Made by a program: the position numbers and the translations under genes | Part shown: one piece after another, positions 45,489 to 54,116 of the stretch | Numbering within the stretch: the stretch's first letter is position 1 | Layout of the letters: the number at the start of each line of letters is the position of its first letter | Source of the DNA: Nitrospinaceae bacterium | Lineage (GTDB): Bacteria; Nitrospinota; Nitrospinia; Nitrospinales; VA-1 | NCBI GenBank assembly: GCA_029261595.1 | Contig: JAJDAZ010000010.1 | Span: 68,152-132,151, forward strand | Length of the DNA stretch: 64,000 bases | Direction: 5' to 3' | The notes under the pieces: model-generated | The model's input: the letters and a program-made list of their open reading frames with translations, nothing else | What the model was told of the DNA's origin: nothing | Database searches by the model: none

Positions 45489-47459
45489 TCATTTCCCAGA
45501 CTGCAAGCGCTGAAGGGACCGGTCCAGGCTTTCGTGCCGTCCGAAAACAACGATGATGTCTCCCGCCTCGAACCTAAAGTCGGAGGCGGGATCGGCCTGT
45601 AACTGGTCGTTTCGGACTACAGCGATCAGTTTTGCATCCAAATCTTTATTCCAGTTCAGCTCCTGAATAGATTTTTCGTGACACCAGGAGTCTTCCAAAA
45701 CGTGAAAGGATTCCGTCAAGCTCGCTGTCAGATATGTAGAAAACTTTTTCATGCTGGTGATATCCAGGGACAATCCGCGAAACATGCTGTAACCCTCCAA
45801 CCTTGCCAGTTCCACCTGCTGTTCAATGATGTTGTTGGCGATATGATATTCGCGCAGGACCCTGGAAAAAATTTCGATGGACGTTTCAAACTCCTCCGGA
45901 ATCACCTGGTTGGCCCCTGCTTTGTTCAAAGCTTCCACCTGATTGGCGTAACGAACCCGCACCAGAATGTAAACGTCCGGATTCAACTGTCGGGCCAGCC
46001 GCACCGCCTGCTCTGCGGCATTAAAATCGGAAGTGGCAAACACCATCATCTTCGCTTGCTGAATTCCCGCACGAATCAATATGTCGCGGTGGGTGGAATC
46101 GCCATATAAGGCCGTGATGCCTTCACTCAAAGCCTGTTTGATCCTCTCGCCATCCAGCTCAAGGACGATGAACGGTGTGCGTGTTTCCTTAAGCACTCTG
46201 GAAAGGTTCCGGCCCACCATACCAAATCCGGCGATGATCACATGTCCGGACAATTTTTTCTGTTCCTCAGACTCCGATTCAACTGAAGATGCTGCTCCGA
46301 ACAGAGAATTGAGTTTCATTGATAATCCTTCGGAGAATTGGATCAAAAGAGGAGTGGCCAGCATGCTTAGAATCGTGACGATTAAAAACGATTGATAATG
46401 GCCCGGCATAAACAAATCTTTTTCCAGAGCCAGGCTGGCTAAAAGTAAAGAAAACTCCCCCACCTGTGCAAGCCGAACGCCGACAACGAACGAAACCCTG
46501 AAGGTATTTTTTAACAACAGACAAGCCAGGAAACCTAAAAAAGCTTTCAGCCCGATCACCGCTCCTGCCAATCCCAGATACCAGAGTACAGAATCATAAA
46601 ATATCTCGACCTGAAGAAGCATGCCCACGGATATAAAAAAGACACTGCCGAAATAATCTTTTAAGGGCAGAATATCCAGAATGATCTGGTGGCTGTACTC
46701 GGATTCCGAAATAATGATTCCCGCGATAAAAGCCCCCATCGCCAAAGACAATCCTAAAGACTCCGATACCCAGCCCGTCCCCAGAATGATCAAAATCACA
46801 AACAGCATGAGGTGTTCTTTACTGCCCAATCGGGCGATAGCCTGCAAGGATCGGGGTACGATCATCCGGGATAGAAAAAATATCCCCGCTACAGCGGCGA
46901 TCGATTTCAAAGTGGCCACTCCAAAGTCCAATGGGGACAATTGCCCCGATTGCGTCAGCAAAGGGATTATGAGCATCATCGGAACCACGCAAATATCCTG
47001 AAACAATAAGGTCCCAATACAAAGTCGACCGTGACGGGTGTCTATTTCAGCCCGGTCGGTGATCATCTTCAACACAATGGCGGTGCTACTCAATGGAATC
47101 AACAACCCAAACAGCAAGCCCTGATTCATGGGATATCCAAACCCAAGGACAATGAAATAACTCACCAATGCCGTCAATCCAACCTGAATAGAGCCGACGC
47201 CAAGAATCACTTTCAAATCTTTCAGCATGCGTTGCAGCGAAAATTCCAGGCCGATGACAAAAAGCAGTAAAATCACACCGATCTCCGCCAACTGCTTGAC
47301 TTCTTCTGAGTCATCGATCAAATTGAGTCCATAAGGACCAATGATGATTCCCGCCAATAAAAATCCCATCACCGAAGAAACCTTGATCCTGTGAAAAACA
47401 ATATTGATCGGCAGGGAAACCAGTAAAAGGATGGCCAGATCTTTGATGAGGTGGTGCAT
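45489..47459 (-). CDS. CPA2-family K+/H+ antiporter (KefB/KefC-like) with RCK_N and RCK_C domains
   Basis: The ATG at 47459 (MHHLIKDLAILLLVSLP) is preferred; the TTG at 47591 would add a non-homologous 44-aa leader. 12-13 TM Na_H_exchanger core. TrkA-N 'HVIIAGFGMVGRNLSRVL'. C-terminal TrkA-C. Confidence 0.9.
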   Translation of the reverse strand: MHHLIKDLAILLLVSLPINIVFHRIKVSSVMGFLLAGIIIGPYGLNLIDDSEEVKQLAEIGVILLLFVIGLEFSLQRMLKDLKVILGVGSIQVGLTALVSYFIVLGFGYPMNQGLLFGLLIPLSSTAIVLKMITDRAEIDTRHGRLCIGTLLFQDICVVPMMLIIPLLTQSGQLSPLDFGVATLKSIAAVAGIFFLSRMIVPRSLQAIARLGSKEHLMLFVILIILGTGWVSESLGLSLAMGAFIAGIIISESEYSHQIILDILPLKDYFGSVFFISVGMLLQVEIFYDSVLWYLGLAGAVIGLKAFLGFLACLLLKNTFRVSFVVGVRLAQVGEFSLLLASLALEKDLFMPGHYQSFLIVTILSMLATPLLIQFSEGLSMKLNSLFGAASSVESESEEQKKLSGHVIIAGFGMVGRNLSRVLKETRTPFIVLELDGERIKQALSEGITALYGDSTHRDILIRAGIQQAKMMVFATSDFNAAEQAVRLARQLNPDVYILVRVRYANQVEALNKAGANQVIPEEFETSIEIFSRVLREYHIANNIIEQQVELARLEGYSMFRGLSLDITSMKKFSTYLTASLTESFHVLEDSWCHEKSIQELNWNKDLDAKLIAVVRNDQLQADPASDFRFEAGDIIVVFGRHESLDRSLQRLQSGK

Positions 47460-47821
47460 GGGTCGAACCCGAAGTTTCAGGACATTAATAATAATTAACA
47501 GAACACACTGGCGGCTGTAAATTGTACAGTAAAAAAGCGAATGTACTGCGAATGAAAATTCGGTTAAATCCAATTCTTTCTTTTTCGCCAAATTATTTTA
47601 ATTCGACAAACTGCAATCCATTCAGCAAACAAATGCATAGAACCCCCTCTTTTCCCCATTTTGCCTTCTCGGGGAGTTTGAAATAGCCTCAAATTTTTCC
47701 TTTCCTATTGACAAAACCGGCCTGAAGAACAAGATTTTAGGTGAGGGGATTTTGTGCATTGAAATTCCTTCAATATGTGCCTCAAACTTTCAGTTTCATT
47801 TAAATAAGGAGGGCCTTTCGA

Positions 47822-47962
47822 GTGAATGAATTAGATACTAAAAAAGGCTTTACGATGGAATGGTTGGAATTTGGCGGAGATATGAACGCAATGGCTATTG
47901 TTGCGGCAGTCGCGGTGATCGGGTTGGGCATTTTCTTCTTCACTCGAAAAAATATTGAATGA
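47822..47962 (+). CDS. small (46-aa) single-TM protein, not in the ORF track
   Basis: AAGGAGG (47806-47812) lies 9 nt upstream of the GTG at 47822. An in-frame ATG is at 47855. Product ...MEWLEFGGDMNAMAIVAAVAVIGLGIFFFTRKNIE. A hairpin terminator follows. Confidence 0.4.
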   Translation: MNELDTKKGFTMEWLEFGGDMNAMAIVAAVAVIGLGIFFFTRKNIE

Positions 47963-47994
47963 GCGTTGAAGTTTTTTTTAATCTTTATCTTTTC

Positions 47995-48026
47995 GGGCCA
48001 CCCAGGAGGGTGGCCCTTCATTTATT
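47995..48026 (+). terminator. rho-independent terminator after the small ORF
   Basis: gggccaccc (47995-48003), loop agga, gggtggccc (48008-48016), followed by ttcatttatt. Confidence 0.5.
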
Positions 48027-48095
48027 CAGGGCCGATGATAAAAATATGCTAAGGTCGGACGTCGAAACGGAAACAACCGATTTTGAGAAGAAATT

Positions 48096-49202
48096 ATGAT
48101 CAAATTGCCACTCACTGTACTATTCGCACTGTTCTTGTTAATCAACTCTTTTCACGTTGAATCCTGGGCCAATCCCTCCGGCGACCCTAAAAATTCATCC
48201 GGGATCCCGCCAAAATCCGCCACGGATTATATTCATTCCGTTATCGAAGCGGGCCGAACGATATATTCGGAAGTCATTGTCGAACGTCTGGGCGTTACCA
48301 TCGACCTCAAAGCAACGGAAAACTGGAAAGAGGAAAACACACTTCCCCTTCCGGCTCAGTTTTTATTACTGTCTTCCACGACTTCCAATGCCAAAGATAT
48401 CGGGATGGACTATCGGCTGATGAGTTTGTGGCCCATCAGTGAAAAAAACGGTCCCAAAACCAAATTCGAAAAAATTGGATTGGAAGAAATTCTAAAATCC
48501 CCCGACAAACCTTTCACCAAGGTCGTGACCATCCAGGGGAAACCGTTTTTCAAAGCCATTTACCCGGATCTCGCCGTCACCAAGGCCTGCATCAACTGCC
48601 ACAATCATCATCCCAAAAGCCCGAAAAAGGATTTTAAAATGGGAGATGTCATGGGCGGAATTTCCATCTTATTGCCGCTTAATAGCCAGGGCGCAAATAC
48701 TAAAGAAGAGGATTACCGGATTCCCGCTGAAGTGGTTGCGGATTATATCCATTCCATTCTGGAATCTGACAGACAGGTTTATTCGAAGCATGTGGTGAAT
48801 CGTCTGCAGGAAAAAAATATCGTCTACGCTTCCGAGAATTGGTGGGAGGACAACGCCCTGCTCCTGCCGGCGCAATTTCTATTAAACGCTTCCGATCTGA
48901 TCATCAATAAAAATATCGACCTGGATTTTAAACTGATCAGTTCCTGGCCCATCAACAAACACAACGGCCCCGCCAATGAATTTGAACGCAAAGGGTTGAA
49001 AAACGTCGTCCGCCACCCGGTTCGGCCTTTCATTGAATACCGGGAAATCGGCGGCAGAAAATATTTTCAAGCCGTTTACCCGGATTTTGCGGTGAGCCCG
49101 GCCTGCGTGTCCTGCCACAACGATCACCCCAACAGCCCCAAGAAGGACTTCAAGCTGAACGATGTCATGGGAGGCATTGTCATGACGCTTCCGCTCCAGT
49201 AA
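48096..49202 (+). CDS. secreted tandem DUF3365 (Tll0287-like) c-type haem protein
   Basis: Signal peptide. Two homologous ~155-aa repeats (aa ~42-195 and ~213-368). Each ends in 'YPD(L/F)AV..AC..CHN.HP.SPKKDFK..DVMGGI' with a CxxCH motif (nt 48588-48602 and 49104-49118). Confidence 0.8.
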   Translation: MIKLPLTVLFALFLLINSFHVESWANPSGDPKNSSGIPPKSATDYIHSVIEAGRTIYSEVIVERLGVTIDLKATENWKEENTLPLPAQFLLLSSTTSNAKDIGMDYRLMSLWPISEKNGPKTKFEKIGLEEILKSPDKPFTKVVTIQGKPFFKAIYPDLAVTKACINCHNHHPKSPKKDFKMGDVMGGISILLPLNSQGANTKEEDYRIPAEVVADYIHSILESDRQVYSKHVVNRLQEKNIVYASENWWEDNALLLPAQFLLNASDLIINKNIDLDFKLISSWPINKHNGPANEFERKGLKNVVRHPVRPFIEYREIGGRKYFQAVYPDFAVSPACVSCHNDHPNSPKKDFKLNDVMGGIVMTLPLQ

Positions 49203-49205
49203 ATT

Positions 49206-49574
49206 TTACTCGTAATACGCGGCGCCGCAGTTTTCCATCTCTCTAATCTCCACCCGTTTTACTTTCACGGTGTCCGAGCCGATGTCGGCACTCAATTCCT
49301 CAAACACCCAACGGGCGATGTTTTCAGCTGACGGGTTCTGCTTGTCGAAGGGCGGGATTTCGTTGATGTTCTGGTAGTCCAGTTTTGACAGGATGGTTTC
49401 CACCTTTTTCTTGAGCACCACAAAGTCGATGCCCAATCCGATGGCGTCGAGTTCCTTGGCTTCCACGAGCACAGTGGCCCCCCAGTTATGGCCGTGCAGG
49501 TTTTCGTATTTGCCGTCGTACCCGCGCAATTGGTGGGCGGCGGAGAAGGTGGTGTTTATTTTGACTTCGTACAT
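49206..49574 (-). CDS. QueD / 6-pyruvoyl-tetrahydropterin synthase family protein (catalytic Cys position is Tyr)
   Basis: 122 aa. 'FSAAHQLRGYDGKYENLHGHNW' matches the family motif ..AH.L.....KC..LHGH.. except for Y23 (codon 49506-49508) where Cys is expected. Confidence 0.8.
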   Translation of the reverse strand: MYEVKINTTFSAAHQLRGYDGKYENLHGHNWGATVLVEAKELDAIGLGIDFVVLKKKVETILSKLDYQNINEIPPFDKQNPSAENIARWVFEELSADIGSDTVKVKRVEIREMENCGAAYYE

Positions 49575-49597
49575 GGTTTATCTTTTGTTTAATGGTT

Positions 49598-50959
49598 TTA
49601 ATCCAACACTGCTCGGATGCACTCGGATGCAGTGTCCATCATCATTTTTATTTCCGCGATCGAAATCACCAGCGGCGGGACAAAATATATCACGTTTCCA
49701 AGGGGACGCATCAATACGCCACGCTTCAACCCCTCCTGGTATATTTTGTACCCTACCCGGTCTTCAAAAGGAAATGCTTCTTTGGTTCCCTTATCCTTGA
49801 CCAGTTCCACAGCCGCAATCATCCCGGTTTGCCGAAAATCGCCCACCCATTTTAATTCCACAAGACGTTTTCCGCCTGCTTCCAAAGCCTGAATCTTCGG
49901 CTTTAAGGTGTCAAGGAAGTCGTTTTCTGTCAACATCGCCAGCGATTCATTGGCCACTGCACAGGCCAGTGGGTTAGCGGAATAACTGTGGCTGTGGATG
50001 AATAATTTCATCGTGGCAAAATCATCATAAAAGGCCGAATAAATTTCATCTTCCATAAGCGTCGCCGCCAACGGAAGGTAGCCGGAGGTGATGCCCTTGG
50101 AGAGACATAAAAAAGTCGGGCTCAATTCACATTCTCCGCAAACAAACAGCGAACCCGTCCGACCAAATCCGACGGCGATTTCATCGTAAATCGTATGAAC
50201 GTTTTGGCGTTGGCAGGCCGACTCAAGTTTTTTCAAATAAACCGGAGGATACATCTTCATCCCTGCGGCTCCCTGCACTAAAGGTTCGATGATGACACCG
50301 GCCAGGGAGTCCCGATGCTCTTTGAGCGTCTTTTGCATGGGTTCAAAACATTCTGCCTGGCAGGTATCGGGTTTCAGCCCATAAGGACAGCGATAGCAAT
50401 CGGGGCCTTCCACTTCCAGGTTAGACAGGAGCACTTCTTCAAAGTTATCACGAAACATTTCGATCCCGCACAGGGACAAGGCCCCGAGCGTCTCGCCATG
50501 ATACCCGCCTTTGAGATAAGCAAATTTTGTTTTGTTCCGGTGCCCGGTCTGCCGCCAGTATTGCAAGCTCATTTTGACAGCCACCTCCACCGCCGTCGAA
50601 CCGTTGTCGGAAAAAAAGACTTTCTTGAGATTATCGGGCGACAACTCCACCAGCCGGGTAGCCAGGTCGATGGCGGGTTGGTGCGTGATACCGGCAAACA
50701 TGACGTGGGCGACTTTGTCCAACTGGGCTTTCAATGCAGAATTAAGGCGCGGATGATTGTGGCCGAACAGGTTCACCCACCAGGACGAAATCACGTCGAG
50801 GTATTGATTGCCGTCCCTGTCATAGAGATAAACCCCCTCCCCGCGCTCGATCAAAAGGGGCGGAACGGTTTCGTGATCCTTCATTTGCGTGCACGGATGC
50901 CACACGGCATGGAAATCTTTGGATAGATCTGTGGACGGTTTTGGGTTCAATGGTTTCAT
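49598..50959 (-). CDS. bioA: adenosylmethionine-8-amino-7-oxononanoate aminotransferase
   Basis: Collinear with recalled E. coli BioA: WHPCTQM ... SSWWVNLFGHNHPRLNSAL ... VMFAGITHQPAIDL ... SDNGSTAVEVAVKMSLQYW ... GYHGETLGALS ... IIEPLVQGAAGM ... DEIAVGFGRTG ... LSKGITSGYLPL. The ATG at 50959 lies 4 nt after the upstream stop. Confidence 0.9.
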   Translation of the reverse strand: MKPLNPKPSTDLSKDFHAVWHPCTQMKDHETVPPLLIERGEGVYLYDRDGNQYLDVISSWWVNLFGHNHPRLNSALKAQLDKVAHVMFAGITHQPAIDLATRLVELSPDNLKKVFFSDNGSTAVEVAVKMSLQYWRQTGHRNKTKFAYLKGGYHGETLGALSLCGIEMFRDNFEEVLLSNLEVEGPDCYRCPYGLKPDTCQAECFEPMQKTLKEHRDSLAGVIIEPLVQGAAGMKMYPPVYLKKLESACQRQNVHTIYDEIAVGFGRTGSLFVCGECELSPTFLCLSKGITSGYLPLAATLMEDEIYSAFYDDFATMKLFIHSHSYSANPLACAVANESLAMLTENDFLDTLKPKIQALEAGGKRLVELKWVGDFRQTGMIAAVELVKDKGTKEAFPFEDRVGYKIYQEGLKRGVLMRPLGNVIYFVPPLVISIAEIKMMMDTASECIRAVLD

Positions 50960-50963
50960 CTTC

Positions 50964-52076
50964 CTAAAGCTGATAGCGACTGGGTGAAAATGCCGCGATT
51001 TCATCCTGCATGGTTTCCAGGATGATGTCCGTTAAATAGTCCGCCTGGTTGGGCGTCTGCAAAATCCCGTTGCGAAAATGGCCGGTGGAATAATATAAAT
51101 TCTCATAGCGGACACTTTTCCCCATGACCGGCATCAAATCCTCCGCTGCGGGGCGCAGGCCGGTCCACGACTCGATCAACGGGGCCTCTTTCAAACACGG
51201 GAGAATGGCCGACGCCCGATCGATCAATCCTTCGATGACCTCATCTTCCACGGAATTGTCGAACCCCCGGTCTTCCATGGTGGAACCGATGACAAACCCA
51301 TGCCCTCCGCGCCAGGGGGCGATGTAAGTCAAAAGCCCATGCACCGTGTATTCCAGCAGGCCGTCTTCCACCTGAACCCGGCACATCTGGCCCTTGATCG
51401 GTTTGATGGGTAAGGACACATCGAGGATTTTACCCAGTTGTTGGGACCAACTCCCCGAAGCCAAAACAAACTTTTTTCCTTTGATGATTCCTGAGTCAGT
51501 CACAGCACACTCGATGACCGACCCGTCTCGCAAGAATCCGGTGACATTTTTCTCCAGAACAGTTATTCCCAAGACATTTGCCGCCGCAATCAGCGCATCG
51601 TGCAATTGCCGGTTGTTGACCTGCCCTTCCCCGACCCACAACACTTCACCACAGTTCGCGGAAAGATGGGGAACCTTCTCGCGCACCGTGGCTGGGTCCC
51701 AAACCTCATGGGAAATATTTTCCTGCTTTAAAAAGCGTTTCCGGTCTTCCCAGCAATCGCCATAAAAGGACGAGGGCATGAGAGACCCCTGCATGGAAAA
51801 AAACACCGGGACATCGGTCATGGAAGCCAGTTCTTCAATGAATCCGGGATATTTTTCCAGCGATTGCCGGCAAAATCCGAAAAACCGGTCGGCGTGTTCG
51901 CACTCGCCAAAAGGAGCCAGCATGCCTGCCGCCGCGCGGGACGCCATCAGGGAATTCATAGGATCTCCCAAAACAGCTATTTTCAACTGTTTGTTTACAC
52001 GCTTCAACCGAAACGCAAGGCTCAACCCGATGACCCCGGCGCCTATGAGGACAATATCAAATTCGTTATTTTCCAT
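50964..52076 (-). CDS. FAD-dependent oxidoreductase of the DAO family, glycine-oxidase (ThiO)-like
   Basis: Dinucleotide fold 'DIVLIGAGVIGLSLAFRL'. C-terminal 'GHFRNGILQTP' resembles the ThiO 'GHYRNGILLAP'. Confidence 0.65.
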   Translation of the reverse strand: MENNEFDIVLIGAGVIGLSLAFRLKRVNKQLKIAVLGDPMNSLMASRAAAGMLAPFGECEHADRFFGFCRQSLEKYPGFIEELASMTDVPVFFSMQGSLMPSSFYGDCWEDRKRFLKQENISHEVWDPATVREKVPHLSANCGEVLWVGEGQVNNRQLHDALIAAANVLGITVLEKNVTGFLRDGSVIECAVTDSGIIKGKKFVLASGSWSQQLGKILDVSLPIKPIKGQMCRVQVEDGLLEYTVHGLLTYIAPWRGGHGFVIGSTMEDRGFDNSVEDEVIEGLIDRASAILPCLKEAPLIESWTGLRPAAEDLMPVMGKSVRYENLYYSTGHFRNGILQTPNQADYLTDIILETMQDEIAAFSPSRYQL

Positions 52077-52327
52077 GGACTCGCATCAATTCTCGCCTTC
52101 CCGGTCTTGAGATCAAAATTCAACTTATTGTTTTTAAATATATTATAGAGTTCTCCACCGGATCTCTCCGGCCTCATGCCGGCAAAACAGGAACCTTCCC
52201 CTGTTATACGATCATGAGCTTGCTCCCGCAAATGAGATTGTGCTATTTTAAACCCAAGGCACGGAATAAAATCAATGGAATTTATGCCGGTTCGGTCAAA
52301 TAATTCCATCTTCTATAAAGGCATATC

Positions 52328-52981
52328 ATGAATGACAAAGTAGACAGCACTTCTTCAGCAACCCCGTCAACCGCTGAAAGCCGGGTCAATCCCCTTCTGG
52401 ACCACCTGAACGTTGAAGGAGCGGAGGTGGACAAAAGTAAAATCCGGGATCTTTTTATCCAGCTTTGGGATTTCGAAGATGCCGAGAACCTTTCTCCAGA
52501 AAACCAGTATCTGACCACGGTAGGTCTCTTTATCTATACCAGCCATAATATTCTGGACGATCATAATATTCGCATGGATCGCATTCGACAAGCCATCACT
52601 CAAGCTTTTGAACAGTGGAAAAAACCGGAGCTGGAAAAAATGGTGGCCGCAGAGAAGGCTTCCGATAACCCTTTTAAAGCTTTCGTCGATTCCAATCTCC
52701 CCCTGGTGGATGAAATCTACACCTGGGAAAATTTTCGTTTGGACCATAAGCAGGCGGATGAGAAGCAATGGGCCTACAAGATGGAAAAGTGCTGGTTCAA
52801 GGATTTTTTTGTTCGCTTCGGACGGGTGGACTATATCGAGACCGCCTGCATGTTCGACCAGATCCCCTTAAACGCCCGCAAGGATTATGTGGACCTGAAG
52901 CTCAGCAATATGTTCCGCAAATTGGGAAAGGTTTGCAAGTTCGATTACAAACCGGCCAAACCTGAAAAAAAGGATTCCTGA
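52328..52981 (+). CDS. hypothetical protein, possibly ATC-hydrolase-family-like
   Basis: 217 aa. The C-terminal 'KCWFKDFFVRFGRVDYIETACMFDQ' resembles the Cys-containing core of the L-2-amino-thiazoline-4-carboxylate hydrolase family. This is a weak recollection. Confidence 0.35.
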   Translation: MNDKVDSTSSATPSTAESRVNPLLDHLNVEGAEVDKSKIRDLFIQLWDFEDAENLSPENQYLTTVGLFIYTSHNILDDHNIRMDRIRQAITQAFEQWKKPELEKMVAAEKASDNPFKAFVDSNLPLVDEIYTWENFRLDHKQADEKQWAYKMEKCWFKDFFVRFGRVDYIETACMFDQIPLNARKDYVDLKLSNMFRKLGKVCKFDYKPAKPEKKDS

Positions 52982-53042
52982 CTCCCGGGGTCACTGAATA
53001 AGGCGCTTCTTTTTTCCACCCCCCTCATGCGCAGGTAAAAAA

Positions 53043-54110
53043 ATCAAACGGATCGTTTATTACATCAGCTCACACGGCTATGGGCACGCCGCCCGATCTG
53101 CCGTTGTCCTGGAAAAACTCGCGCCGAACTTCCGGGTCCATATAAAATCTGAAATTCCCGATGCCTTTTTTCGCCAGTATTTGAATGGCGACTGTTCCCC
53201 CATCCCCGCTCAGGTGGATGCCGGATGCGTCCAGGAAAATTTCATTCACATCAATTTTGATAAAACGTTTCAAAGACTGGAACAATTTTTCAGTATTGCG
53301 GATCAACGTTTGGCGGAGGAAACCCGTTGGCTCGAGGAGAATGAGATCGACCTCATAATATCGGATGCGTCCAGCCTGCCTCTTAAAGCGGGCCAGGCGC
53401 TTGGCATTCCGTCGCTTCTGATCTGCAATTTCACCTGGCACGACATCTACAGCCATTTCCCCGACGCGGAGAAATACCAGGGAATCCTCGATGCGCTGAA
53501 AGAAGAATACGCCCTGGCCACCCTGCAAATCCTCCCCCAATGCCATATCGTCAACGACGTCATCGCAAACCAGCAAGAGGTGGGGTTCATTGCGAGAAAA
53601 GGAAAGAATGTTAGAAACCGGTTGGAGCAGGCATTGGGCATCACTTTTAAAAACAAAACGGTCGTCTTTATTTACCTGGGAGATATGGGAGCCCAGTCGG
53701 TGCAATGGGAAAATTTAAAAACACTGAATGATGTGGTTTTTTTAACACGGGACCCGCTTCCAAAAAACCTGCCCAATTTATTTGTCCTGGATGAAAATTT
53801 TCTTTATCAGGATTTGATCGCAAGTTCGGACATCGTCTTCACCAAGGCCGGGTATTCCACTCTGGCGACAGCGTTTTCTCACGACAAGCCGGTGCTCTCC
53901 TGCTCGCGGCCGGATTTCAGCGAGTTCACGGTGATGCGGGAATACATGGAACAGAAGCAGATTGGATCTATCATGGGCTCGGATAAATTCTTTGCCTGCG
54001 ACTGGGGAGAAGATCTCCGAAAAGTGCAGAAATTATCCGTTTCAGGCAAAGTGCCGTTCAACGGTGAGGAGGAAGTTCTTAAAACCATTGATCGCATGTT
54101 GCCACAATAA
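53043..54110 (+). CDS. GT-B glycosyltransferase (GT28/MGT-like, TIGR00661/MJ1255-like); start codon uncertain
   Basis: The frame is open from 52998. The conserved N-terminal loop 'IVYYISSHGYGHAARSAVVLEKL' (53052-53120) lies upstream of the first canonical start (TTG at 53181). ATC at 53043, preceded by AGGT, would give MKRIVYYISSHGYGH. C-terminal 'FTKAGYSTLATAF'. Confidence 0.65.
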   Translation: MKRIVYYISSHGYGHAARSAVVLEKLAPNFRVHIKSEIPDAFFRQYLNGDCSPIPAQVDAGCVQENFIHINFDKTFQRLEQFFSIADQRLAEETRWLEENEIDLIISDASSLPLKAGQALGIPSLLICNFTWHDIYSHFPDAEKYQGILDALKEEYALATLQILPQCHIVNDVIANQQEVGFIARKGKNVRNRLEQALGITFKNKTVVFIYLGDMGAQSVQWENLKTLNDVVFLTRDPLPKNLPNLFVLDENFLYQDLIASSDIVFTKAGYSTLATAFSHDKPVLSCSRPDFSEFTVMREYMEQKQIGSIMGSDKFFACDWGEDLRKVQKLSVSGKVPFNGEEEVLKTIDRMLPQ

Positions 54111-54116
54111 TTTTTT

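Noticed and set aside
47708-47744. A TTGACA hexamer upstream of the small ORF, as a possible promoter.
   Set aside because: No acceptable -10 element lies at 16-18 nt spacing; the best candidates are AAGATT and AGATTT.
52077-52327. A possible TPP (THI-box) riboswitch upstream of the ThiO-like gene, or another leader element for the divergent gene at 52328.
   Set aside because: Reading both strands, I could not find the conserved CUGAGA ... ACCUGAUCUGGAUAAUGCCAGCG-type core. Only short hairpins such as ccgg-catgagg-ccgg are present. A covariance-model scan would be needed to be sure.
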